From assembly GCA_965612795.1 (NCBI GenBank), contig CBFDTI010000018.1, positions 1-20,687 of the forward strand: DNA of 20,687 nucleotides, read 5' to 3'. Of this stretch, positions 7,386 to 16,056 are shown in pieces. The translations under genes and the position numbers were made by a program. This DNA comes from an uncultured bacterium. Lineage in GTDB: Bacteria > Hydrothermota > UBA3073 > NMUJ01. Within the stretch, counting starts at the first letter, position 1; every line of letters begins with the position of its first letter. A model generated the notes under the pieces. That model made no database searches and was not told where the DNA came from. It worked only from the letters and a program-made list of their open reading frames with translations.

Positions 7386-8973
7386 CGCCATGGGGTGTAT
7401 TAAGTACAAGTTTATTTCCTTTTACTCCGGTTATCTCAAATAATTCAATATCTGCCCCTGTAATCACATCGCCCGGATTAACAGTGAACATATCATCCCA
7501 TTGTCCATCATTGTCCTTATCCCACCAGCCTAGTCCATCACCTACGCTTAAGTTACCGTCACCATCAACATCATCCCATGCTTCTACATATATTTCTTTT
7601 GGTTCATCAATCTCCCACGTAACCGTATAGTTACCGGTCTGTGGATCAACTTGTGTAATGGCTGCGATTACTATATACTCGGTATGTGAGGAGTCCAGGA
7701 ACGCATAACATTGATTGCTTAGCGTATGACCTGGCCATGTCACTGTACCGGAGACCGTAACCCCCGTAACAGGACCTCCACCTATAGATGCAATAAATTT
7801 CGACAGAAAAGCGTGCCAGTTAGTAGCACGGAACCTAAGCCGTACGTAGTGGGTTGAGTCAAACAACTCGTGATTAAACGGGAAGTGGATGTTCACCCCA
7901 CCGCGGGTTAATCCAGCCACATTCGTCATCGTAAATGGTACCGCATCGTTGATAGCGTCAATGACAGCATCGGCATCTTGACGTATCAAAGGTTTCTGAC
8001 CGATTGTGGGTTGTTGTTTCACCCTTTTTGCATATTCACGTAGGTCGACGAATGCAGGGTCGTCATACTGTGTGTAATGGGTTTCGTTAAATGCATTCAA
8101 TACCTCCTGCCATTCAGCTGCTGTCTCGACCTCTGTCACAAGGTGGTTACCGAAATCGCCTATTTTCGCTGCAAGTGTATTCATTTTACTCAAATCTATA
8201 AGCGCAAAATGTACATCTTTGCCCTTACGTTCACCTGCGTTGTAGACTGCAGTTACTATCTTTTGACCGAGTTCACTTGCCGGCATTTCGGGGTTCGCAA
8301 CCAGAGCACCTAACCATTCTGCTGACCCCAGCACACTTTCCATCGGCATCATAAATTGTGATCCACACATATAATCAGCAACATCTTTTAGCTCGTACGC
8401 TACCTCCACCATAGCCATGAGACATGCGTGAAAGACTATGATATCAAAATGTATGTCAACATCCTCTAACACTTCACGTAGTTCCGGTATCGACATCAAA
8501 TCGCCGGCACCGTTCTGCTCATCCTGACATACACCACGCCAACCAGATCCATGATCGTCGATCACTAACATGTAGTGGTTAGCGGGATAGTTTTCCTTCA
8601 CGTAATTGATGAAATCCTTCAACGTCTGTGGATCCGACATATCCTTGGTACCAAGTGTCTGCAGTACTGGCGAGCTAAGCGAATCCGGTAGCTCATCGGA
8701 ATACTTTTCGATATAGTAATACTTGAGTAATCCACCTCTTTTGATAGACGAGACAGCCGCTATTATCTTCACTTTATCGGTGGAACCTACCTCCTCCATT
8801 TCCTGTATATCCTCTATGACGTATGAAGTGTTGTTTTGACTGATATCAAGATTGTTGTTACCATCTGCGTAGACCATAATCGTCCATTCAGGTTTAACCT
8901 CAGCAGGTGGTGCCTTTCTACACCCGTATAGAGCCATTAGCCCTATCACCACAAACAATACAATCCGTCTCAT
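7354..8973 (-). CDS. Clostripain-family (C11) cysteine peptidase, lipoprotein
   Basis: Start reassigned from 9033 to ATG 8973, which has SD AGGAGG and signal MRRIVLFVVIGLMALYG-C. Motifs WTIMVYADGNNNL, YPANHYMLVIDDHGSGW (catalytic His) and FHACLMAMVEVAYEL (catalytic Cys). The C-terminal domain carries DxDxDG-type Ca-binding loops (DVDGDG, DKDNDG). Confidence 0.92.
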   Translation of the reverse strand: MRRIVLFVVIGLMALYGCRKAPPAEVKPEWTIMVYADGNNNLDISQNNTSYVIEDIQEMEEVGSTDKVKIIAAVSSIKRGGLLKYYYIEKYSDELPDSLSSPVLQTLGTKDMSDPQTLKDFINYVKENYPANHYMLVIDDHGSGWRGVCQDEQNGAGDLMSIPELREVLEDVDIHFDIIVFHACLMAMVEVAYELKDVADYMCGSQFMMPMESVLGSAEWLGALVANPEMPASELGQKIVTAVYNAGERKGKDVHFALIDLSKMNTLAAKIGDFGNHLVTEVETAAEWQEVLNAFNETHYTQYDDPAFVDLREYAKRVKQQPTIGQKPLIRQDADAVIDAINDAVPFTMTNVAGLTRGGVNIHFPFNHELFDSTHYVRLRFRATNWHAFLSKFIASIGGGPVTGVTVSGTVTWPGHTLSNQCYAFLDSSHTEYIVIAAITQVDPQTGNYTVTWEIDEPKEIYVEAWDDVDGDGNLSVGDGLGWWDKDNDGQWDDMFTVNPGDVITGADIELFEITGVKGNKLVLNTPHGVITVPRALNK

Positions 8974-8997
8974 TTCTCCTCCTTCTAACTTTATAAA

Positions 8998-9024
8998 TAT
9001 ATAACTTGCGTAAGTTGGGGTCAA
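8998..9024 (-). promoter_or_regulatory. Putative C11 peptidase promoter, TTGACC-N15-TATATA (or N17-TATATT)
   Basis: Minus strand reads TTGACC ccaacttacgcaagt TATATA tttata aagttagaAGGAGGagaa ATG. Confidence 0.55.
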
Positions 9025-9037
9025 TAGTATCAACGTG

Positions 9038-9064
9038 TTGACCTACATGTATAGTGTGTATCAT
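9038..9064 (+). promoter_or_regulatory. Putative promoter TTGACC-N15-TATCAT, near-leaderless
   Basis: Reads TTGACC tacatgtatagtgtg TATCAT attata gt GTG(9073). No SD precedes the GTG. Confidence 0.6.
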
Positions 9065-9072
9065 ATTATAGT

Positions 9073-10809
9073 GTGTGGCTGTTGATCGTATTGCTTACGT
9101 TACCCGAATATGAATGGGAATCAGACAATAAGTTTACTATATCATCCTATAATTTAGAAGAGCTGTCACGTTTGAAGGATAATCCAATAGATTTAAATAC
9201 GGCCACATTCGCAGAAATAGTGCGGTTACCATGGATATCAGTTATACTGGCTGAGAAGATAATCACCCAACGTTCGCAACGCCCATTCCGTGATACATGC
9301 GATTTCATCCAACGTCTACACATAAGCAATACACTATGGGGGAAAATTGCGCCTTACGTTACGGTTGGACCAGGTCGAAAACGCCCAACATTCTCCACCA
9401 AGCTGAGATTAAGTCAACGCCTACGTACCATATGGGGATATCAGCGTGCTGGATGCTTAGGCTCGCCTTACGAAGCACGTACATTTTTACAAGTACGATA
9501 TCCTGAGCGGTTTGCGTTCCATCTGCTGATACAGAAGGATCTGTACGAGCCACACTACGATGATTTCGTTTCATGGGGTATCGATATGCGGTTACCGCGA
9601 GTTGACCGCCTATTCGTGGGTAATTATGCTCTGGAGTTTGGTGAGTCACTAATGTTTGGTCCCCCATACAGAAGGATAAAATTCTATGCACTAAAGGGTG
9701 CGTCTCGCCTTATAATACCATACAGGATGGACGGTAACGAGAATCGTACACTGCAGGGTGTTGCCATGAAGTACGAGTTGGCAAGCATATCGTGGATAGG
9801 GTTCGCCTCATACACTATGCGTGATGCGAGGATCTACCATGATACCGTCAACCGCATAATTTATGAAAACTTATATCATGATACATATTCTAACCTAAAC
9901 GCAAAGAATAGGGTGGACGAACTCCTATATGGGCTATACATAGGTACAGATTGGGTTAGCTTTATGTTAAGTACCCTCAATTACAGAGGTGACTATGGGT
10001 TTGCGATACCTACCAGTTGTAAGATGATGAGCTTAATGTGGAATCTCCCTATACGTGGAGAGGTAACTTTCTACGGTGAGATAGGGCGCACTATATGGGA
10101 TAGCTACGGTGATGCACAGGTAATGGGTATAAACTATGGCCGTGGTAGATGGAGGTTAACTTTACTCTGGCGTAACTATGAAGATGAGTTCTGGGCGCCA
10201 TTTGGTACCTCGTTACGTGAAACCCGCAGCAGTAGTGAGTGTGGCCTTATACTCGCATATGCGTATGTTGCACGAGGTTGTAAGTTCAATTTCTATATAG
10301 ATAGGTACTTAGTATCATACACCCAACTTTATGTTGATTGCAGGATGACGATATTGTATAATTTCTGGCGTAACTATACACTTTATGTATCATATCGTGA
10401 GAAAAAGGCTTCCAATAATTCGCAATATTACAGGTCGGAGCTACGTTGTGACACCCGCTACAGAGAAAATACGTTCGAACTACGGACACGCCTTATAAGG
10501 GTTTGGTCCTCATCCGGGATTGGGCGCTTATTTTACATAGAGGTGGGCAAGAAATTAGCTGGTTATTCGGTTTCCTTACGTTACACAGTGTTTGGGGCCA
10601 CTGAATCAAGGGTGGCCTATGTGTATCAGTTCGAAAATGTGGCCGGCATTATAAGGAACATACCACTATATGGTGATGGCGAACGCATACTATTGAAGTT
10701 GACTTTATCTGTACGTAGTAGCACCGTATATTTATTCTACGTGTTCCACGTAAGGGGTGACCAATTCCATAAACATGAACTTGGTATAAGATGGGACATA
10801 CGGCTATAA
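9073..10809 (+). CDS. Helix-hairpin-helix (ComEA-like) domain protein with probable C-terminal outer-membrane beta-barrel
   Basis: PIDLNTATFAEIVRLPWISVILAEKII..R..RPF matches the ComEA/HhH_3 pattern. The remainder is rich in aromatic residues and alternating strands (LFVGNYALEFGESL, VTFYGEIG, LLWRNY) and ends in the amphipathic strand ELGIRWDIRL. Confidence 0.75.
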   Translation: MWLLIVLLTLPEYEWESDNKFTISSYNLEELSRLKDNPIDLNTATFAEIVRLPWISVILAEKIITQRSQRPFRDTCDFIQRLHISNTLWGKIAPYVTVGPGRKRPTFSTKLRLSQRLRTIWGYQRAGCLGSPYEARTFLQVRYPERFAFHLLIQKDLYEPHYDDFVSWGIDMRLPRVDRLFVGNYALEFGESLMFGPPYRRIKFYALKGASRLIIPYRMDGNENRTLQGVAMKYELASISWIGFASYTMRDARIYHDTVNRIIYENLYHDTYSNLNAKNRVDELLYGLYIGTDWVSFMLSTLNYRGDYGFAIPTSCKMMSLMWNLPIRGEVTFYGEIGRTIWDSYGDAQVMGINYGRGRWRLTLLWRNYEDEFWAPFGTSLRETRSSSECGLILAYAYVARGCKFNFYIDRYLVSYTQLYVDCRMTILYNFWRNYTLYVSYREKKASNNSQYYRSELRCDTRYRENTFELRTRLIRVWSSSGIGRLFYIEVGKKLAGYSVSLRYTVFGATESRVAYVYQFENVAGIIRNIPLYGDGERILLKLTLSVRSSTVYLFYVFHVRGDQFHKHELGIRWDIRL

Positions 10810-11834
10810 TGAAGCACGCAGTTGATGCACTTCAAAGAGGTGAGGTCATAGCTTTCCCTACAGATACTGTTTATGGGTTGGGGGCTGATGCTTACAATGA
10901 TGAGGCGATCGACAAGATCTATCGTATCAAACGCAGAAGCAGAGACAAACCCCTAATACTTTTCATCAAAAATAAAGCTGAATTACCTCAATATGTGACT
11001 GAACTGACGGAGGCTACGTTATCATTAATGGAGAAGTACTGGCCAGGTCCACTTACCTTGATTTTTAAAGCAAAAACGTCCACCCCATGTCAAAGCGCTA
11101 ATCACACCGTCGGTATACGTATACCAGATCATCAACTTGTGCTTACATTGTTAGAGCGGCTGGATTTCCCCTTAGCTACCACAAGCGCTAATATAGAAGG
11201 TGAGCCGCCCCTTAGTGAGCCCGAGCAAATCAGATCCCAACTTGGTATAAGGGTGATCTTAGGTGACGAGAAGATAACAATGGGAGTACCTTCTACCATA
11301 CTTGATGTGACAACTGCACCTCCCACCTTGTTACGTACTGGTAAGCTCAAGCCCGGTATACTCTGGCAAGATCTTAAACATCTGAAAATATGTGATAAAC
11401 TGCATTTACTATTCGTCTGCACAGGTAACCGCACGAGAAGTGTCATCGCTGAGTGGCTTGCAAGGACCATATTTCCCGACCTTGTAGAAGTACGTTCAGC
11501 TGGTGTATTACCAGGAGGTGCGCCACCCGACCCTAAAGCTGTCATGGTCATGCGTGAGAAAGGTATCGATATATCTAGCCATCGTTCGTTATCTATCGAT
11601 GTTGACTTACTGAAGTGGGCAGACTTTATCTTTGTCATGGAGTACCGTCATGTGGAATTTATCGAGTATTTATATCCAGATGCATTACCATATGTTTTTT
11701 ACCTTGATACACTTTCGAAGGAGGTGGGTGAAATACCCGACCCTATTGGTTCACCGATAGAGAATTATCAACTTGTCAGAGATATCATCGAAATAAGGTT
11801 GATGGAACTTAGCCGATATTTACTCTTTGAGTAA
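10809..11834 (+). CDS. tsaC: Threonylcarbamoyl-AMP synthase (TsaC/Sua5/YrdC) fused to a low-molecular-weight phosphatase domain
   Basis: N-terminal domain: GEVIAFPTDTVYGL, IYRIKRR...KPL, YWPGPLTLI, VGIRIPDH, TTSAN, PSTILD. C-terminal domain: LFVCTGNRTRS, SAG, ADFIFVME..H, EIPDPIG. The start is probably ATG 10809 (TAATG overlap with the upstream stop); 10791 is the alternative. Confidence 0.9.
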   Translation: MKHAVDALQRGEVIAFPTDTVYGLGADAYNDEAIDKIYRIKRRSRDKPLILFIKNKAELPQYVTELTEATLSLMEKYWPGPLTLIFKAKTSTPCQSANHTVGIRIPDHQLVLTLLERLDFPLATTSANIEGEPPLSEPEQIRSQLGIRVILGDEKITMGVPSTILDVTTAPPTLLRTGKLKPGILWQDLKHLKICDKLHLLFVCTGNRTRSVIAEWLARTIFPDLVEVRSAGVLPGGAPPDPKAVMVMREKGIDISSHRSLSIDVDLLKWADFIFVMEYRHVEFIEYLYPDALPYVFYLDTLSKEVGEIPDPIGSPIENYQLVRDIIEIRLMELSRYLLFE

Positions 11835-13865
11835 CGCTTTTCTTGATAATAAAGGACGCCCTTCGTCGTCAAACCCTATCACTTTAACAGCTACCTCATC
11901 ACCTATTTTTACAACTTCTTCAACCCTTTTGACCCGCTTGTGATCGAGTTGCGATATGTGTATCATACCATCAACACCTGGCGCTATCTCCACTATTGCA
12001 CCAAATGGTAGTATACGTTTTACCCTACCGATGTAGACTCTACCCTCACATGGACCGTTTACAATAAGTGATACCATCTGATACGCTTTCTCGGTAGCTT
12101 CCTTATCTTTTGAGTGGAACACGATACGTGAATCCTTAACCTCAATTTCTGCACCCGATCGTTCCACGATCTCACGTATTATCGTACCACCTGGACCTAT
12201 GATTTGGCCGATTTTCTCCTTGGGTACTTCCATCACCTTTATCTTAGGTGCGTATGGTGATATTTCACTACGTGGGCCAGGTAATACCTTTTCCATCAAC
12301 CCAATAATGTAGTGGCGGACGGATTTGGCGCCCTCCAGCGCATCTTTCAGGATGTCTTTACTTATACCTGGTACTTTAATATCGAGCTGTATAGCTGTGA
12401 TACCATCACGTGTACCGGCAATCTTAAAGTCCATATCACCGGCATGATCTTCCTCGCCAAGTATATCCGTAAGTATAACATCACCGACTAATCCCATTGC
12501 GATACCGGCGACATGTGTTTTTGTAGGTACACCTGCATCCATCAACGATAACGAGCCTGCACATACTGTGGCCATGGATGATGAGCCGTTCGACGATAAT
12601 ATATCGGAGACCACCCTTATAGTATATGGAAAGGCTTCGCTCGCTGGTAGGATGGGTTCCAGTGCTTTCTCAGCTAACCGTCCATGTCCTATCTCACGCC
12701 TGCGAGGTGCCTTCAAAGGTGCAGCTTCACCCGTGCTGAATGGTGGAAAGTTATAGTGTAACATGAAAGTTTTCCAACTCTCGCCAGTGAGTTCCTCCAC
12801 ATGCTGTTCATCGGCAGCTGTACCGAGTGTGGTTACTGCGAGGCTCTGTGTCTCACCGCGTGTGAAGAGTGCCGACCCATGTACACGCGGAAGTACACCT
12901 ACCTCACACGATATAGGACGTACATCCGTGGGTTTCCTACCATCCAATCTACGTCTTTCTTTTAGTATCAATTCACGAATATATGTATTCTTTATCTCTT
13001 CAACGATTGTCGCTACATAGGGGGTATCGGGATACTCCTCTCGTATACTGAGCCAGATTTTCTCTAACAAGTTATGTCTGTCTTTTTTGCGAGTATGGTT
13101 GAGTGCATTGATGATCGCATCTTTATACTTACGTTCGATGTTAGCCTTTATAGTGGGATCAATCTCAACCCGAGTATATTCAAACGGCGTTATTTCTATG
13201 GAATTAAGCAATTCTTCCTGTAGTTCGATAGTCTTTATTATTTCGCTATGAGCAATTTCAAGTGCCTCGAACAGGGTGGATTCGTCCACCTCATATGCAC
13301 TGGCCTCTATCATTGTTATACCTTCTTTGGTACCTGCTACTACCATATCGAGTGTACTGTTTTCAAGTTCGGTAACGGTGGGGTTGACCACCAATTCACG
13401 CCCTATTTGACCGATCCTCACTGCACCTATGGGTCCATTAAACGGTAATCCAGCTGCAAGTAACGCAAACGATGCACCTATTATTGCTGGTACGTCGGGC
13501 TGATTCTCCTGATCTGCCGAAAACACTATTGCGGTTACCTGTACATTATGCAGAAAATCATTTGGAAACAATGGCCGTACTGGCCTATCTATCAGACGTG
13601 CTGTGACGATTTCAGTTTCGTGTGGCTTACCCTCACGCTTGTAATATCCACCGGGTATTCTACCTGCAGCACCTGCTTTCTCTTGGTAATCAACCGTAAG
13701 TGGTAAGAACGGTGTATCGGAGACTACAGATTGGCTTACACATACAGTGACGAGTACACTTGTATCACCATATTTGACAAGTGCAGCTCCGTCACTCTGA
13801 AATGCAATATCACCTGTAGAAATAGAAAATGTCCTACCCGCGATTTCGCATTGAACTTGAGGCAT
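11820..13865 (-). CDS. pnp: Polyribonucleotide nucleotidyltransferase (PNPase)
   Basis: Motifs FLPLTVDYQEK, ARLIDRPVRPLFP, HGSALFTRGETQ, RRREIGHG, SNGSSSMA and GDMDFK, plus KH (IIGPGG) and S1 (GMIHISQL) domains. ATG 13865 overlaps the rpsO TGA (TGATG); GTG 13868 is the alternative. Confidence 0.98.
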   Translation of the reverse strand: MPQVQCEIAGRTFSISTGDIAFQSDGAALVKYGDTSVLVTVCVSQSVVSDTPFLPLTVDYQEKAGAAGRIPGGYYKREGKPHETEIVTARLIDRPVRPLFPNDFLHNVQVTAIVFSADQENQPDVPAIIGASFALLAAGLPFNGPIGAVRIGQIGRELVVNPTVTELENSTLDMVVAGTKEGITMIEASAYEVDESTLFEALEIAHSEIIKTIELQEELLNSIEITPFEYTRVEIDPTIKANIERKYKDAIINALNHTRKKDRHNLLEKIWLSIREEYPDTPYVATIVEEIKNTYIRELILKERRRLDGRKPTDVRPISCEVGVLPRVHGSALFTRGETQSLAVTTLGTAADEQHVEELTGESWKTFMLHYNFPPFSTGEAAPLKAPRRREIGHGRLAEKALEPILPASEAFPYTIRVVSDILSSNGSSSMATVCAGSLSLMDAGVPTKTHVAGIAMGLVGDVILTDILGEEDHAGDMDFKIAGTRDGITAIQLDIKVPGISKDILKDALEGAKSVRHYIIGLMEKVLPGPRSEISPYAPKIKVMEVPKEKIGQIIGPGGTIIREIVERSGAEIEVKDSRIVFHSKDKEATEKAYQMVSLIVNGPCEGRVYIGRVKRILPFGAIVEIAPGVDGMIHISQLDHKRVKRVEEVVKIGDEVAVKVIGFDDEGRPLLSRKALLKE

Positions 13866-14122
13866 CACTTTCTGAGACCCAACTTTTGGATCACCTCCCT
13901 ATAGCGAACGGGATCGTTCTCCCTAAGATAGCGTAGAAGCTTTTTACGCTTTGATACTAATTTGATGAGCCCATACCGCGAATGTAGGTCTTTACGATGG
14001 CGTTTCATATGTTCGGTAAGATTGCGTATCCTTTCCGTTAATATACCTATTTGTACCTCAACCGATCCTGTATCGTTAGGATGTTGTTGTAACTCTTTTA
14101 TGATTTCGTGGTTCGGTTTCAT
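13865..14122 (-). CDS. rpsO: 30S ribosomal protein S15
   Basis: Motifs [37 protein letters not shown] and LGLRK. Start reassigned to ATG 14122 (85 aa), because the ORF-track extension to 14158 runs through the promoter-like sequence. Confidence 0.97.
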   Translation of the reverse strand: MKPNHEIIKELQQHPNDTGSVEVQIGILTERIRNLTEHMKRHRKDLHSRYGLIKLVSKRKKLLRYLRENDPVRYREVIQKLGLRK

Positions 14123-14128
14123 CCAATT

Positions 14129-14155
14129 AAAATAACCATAAATTAAAAAAGTCAA
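14129..14155 (-). promoter_or_regulatory. Putative leaderless rpsO-pnp promoter, TTGACT-N15-TATTTT-N6-ATG
   Basis: Minus strand reads TTGACT tttttaatttatggt TATTTT aattgg ATG, with no SD. Confidence 0.65.
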
Positions 14156-14201
14156 CAATTTTCGACTGGCTGGTCTGTGTTATCCTTTGCATATCGTAAG
14201 T

Positions 14202-15251
14202 TTATATTCTAAAAACTGAACGCTTTATCTTTATCGCACCATGTGGGCATACTTCGTAACAGCATGTACATAGTATGCACTTATGATGATCAATCATATA
14301 AGGGGGACCCGATATCGCATTAGCAGGACACGAATCGGCACATACCCCACATGTACGACATCTGTTTGTGATCACAGGTCTATAACTAAATAGTAATGAG
14401 TAGATGTAGCGTAAAACCGTGGGTAGTATGAGATTTACAACCCTTGTTTGTGGCATCCGTATCCTTAGGGTGGTAACCTCACTGATAAGCTCGTATGAGG
14501 GAAGGGAGGCAATTTTTATTTCTGGAAAAATTCTCTCTGAGATGCGTGCAAGTTTTGTTATAGCAAAATCCATAGCAAGTGCATCGTCAGCTATCCCCAG
14601 TATACCGAAAGCTTTGGGCTCACCAGCGGACGGGCCGTTACCTTCCATACCTAAGATACCATCGAGCACCGTAATATGTGATGGTATCAACTTGTACAGC
14701 CTTAAAAGCATCTTCGTAAAGGAGACAGGATCAGGATACATACTATGTAAGTGCGATTTATATAACCCAGGTACTAAGCCAAACAAATTCTTAACCGCCA
14801 GCGTCATACCTGTCAAACTGTGAGTCTTTAATTTAGGTAGGTTAACGATCATATCCACATCGTAACAGATTTTGGATATGTGTAAATCATCCACAATCTT
14901 GATAGAATAGCGGTTGAGGTCCAGCAATTCTGCACCTACTTTATTGGCAACCGCTCGCATGCCAGTTATAATCCATAAGCTTTCCATATCTTTTACTGCA
15001 CCACCGGGGCTGTCGCCGATTAATACCTTGCCACCATGATCAACCACCCATTCGGCGATACCTTCAACCACCATCGGATGTGTAGTTATTGCAGCTGAAG
15101 GTGGTTTCGCTGTTAGTAGGTTGGGTTTGAGCAACACCCTATCACCCCGCCTTATGATATCCGTGTACCCTAGTAGGTTGAAGCCGCGTTCGATGGTCGC
15201 CTTGAGTATGGATTTACGGTAGGTTTCACATTTGAGTAGCACTACCTTCAT
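14202..15251 (-). CDS. DUF362-domain protein with C-terminal 2x[4Fe-4S] ferredoxin domain
   Basis: Motifs VLLKPNLL, TTHP, IGDSPG, NLPKLKTH, AVKNLFG and DGILGMEGNGPSAG, then CRTCGVCADSCP and CILCTCCYEVCP. Confidence 0.9.
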   Translation of the reverse strand: MKVVLLKCETYRKSILKATIERGFNLLGYTDIIRRGDRVLLKPNLLTAKPPSAAITTHPMVVEGIAEWVVDHGGKVLIGDSPGGAVKDMESLWIITGMRAVANKVGAELLDLNRYSIKIVDDLHISKICYDVDMIVNLPKLKTHSLTGMTLAVKNLFGLVPGLYKSHLHSMYPDPVSFTKMLLRLYKLIPSHITVLDGILGMEGNGPSAGEPKAFGILGIADDALAMDFAITKLARISERIFPEIKIASLPSYELISEVTTLRIRMPQTRVVNLILPTVLRYIYSLLFSYRPVITNRCRTCGVCADSCPANAISGPPYMIDHHKCILCTCCYEVCPHGAIKIKRSVFRI

Positions 15252-16050
15252 GCTGTGCTAGTATAGCATTGACCATGGTTAGTGCCTCACGTGTGGGTTT
15301 AACATCATGTACACGGAAGTAAGTGGCACCGTTCAAAAACGCTATGAGGTTGCTGGCGATTGAGCCGATCACACGGTCACGTGGGTTGTCTATACCTAAG
15401 ATCTTACCAATAAAGCTTTTACGTGATACACCGATCATCACGGGTGTGCCAAGCCTACATAGTGAGGATAGATTACGCAATATTGTTAAGTTATCCTCCA
15501 CACGTTTGCCGAACCCTATCCCGGGGTCGATGATAATGTTTTCACGCTTTATACCGTAGGATTGGGCAAATTCAAGCCTTTCGTTAAAGTATGTGATAAG
15601 TTCATGCATCACATCTTCATAGTAAGGGTTAACTTGCATAGTTCTGGGTGTACCTTTCATATGCATTATTACAACCTTTGCATTATACTTGGCGATAACT
15701 TCAGGCATGTGTGGGTCGAACCTCAACCCTGATACATCGTTCACAATCTCTGCACCCAATCTCAGTGCAGCTTCAGCTACCTCACTTTTATATGTATCAA
15801 TAGAAATCCTTATCCCTCTATCTGCAAGCTGTTCGACTACGGGTAAGACGCGGCGTAGCTCGTCATCCACTGGTACAGGGGTGGCACCTGGGCGGGTGGA
15901 TTCACCTCCTACATCGATGATATCGGCACCTTCTGTGGCCATCCTCATCGCATGCGATACCGCCACGTTGGGGTCTAAGAATAGCCCACCATCGGAGAAC
16001 GAATCCGGGGTTACGTTCAATATTCCCACGAGGATGAACTTTTTACCCAT
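15226..16050 (-). CDS. folP: Dihydropteroate synthase
   Basis: Motifs GILNVTPDSFSDGG, IIDVGGESTRPGA, SIDTYK, INDVS-like VNDVSG, MHMKGTP, IDPGIGFGK, GVSRKSF and RVHDV. Start reassigned to ATG 16050. Confidence 0.96.
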   Translation of the reverse strand: MGKKFILVGILNVTPDSFSDGGLFLDPNVAVSHAMRMATEGADIIDVGGESTRPGATPVPVDDELRRVLPVVEQLADRGIRISIDTYKSEVAEAALRLGAEIVNDVSGLRFDPHMPEVIAKYNAKVVIMHMKGTPRTMQVNPYYEDVMHELITYFNERLEFAQSYGIKRENIIIDPGIGFGKRVEDNLTILRNLSSLCRLGTPVMIGVSRKSFIGKILGIDNPRDRVIGSIASNLIAFLNGATYFRVHDVKPTREALTMVNAILAQHEGSATQM

Positions 16051-16056
16051 AAGTTT

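Noticed and set aside
9003..9051. Short palindromes in intergenic DNA (AACTT-N4-AAGTT, TCAAC-GT-GTTGA, TACATGTA; also ATTCGAAT at 2628-2635)
   Set aside because: They are short, mutually unrelated and expected by chance in AT-rich DNA. No shared operator consensus.
15226..16050. folP as a sul-type sulfonamide resistance gene
   Set aside because: The motifs are those of ordinary chromosomal DHPS (DSFSDGG, STRPG, DPGIGFGK without the Sul-type insertion), and there is no mobile context.
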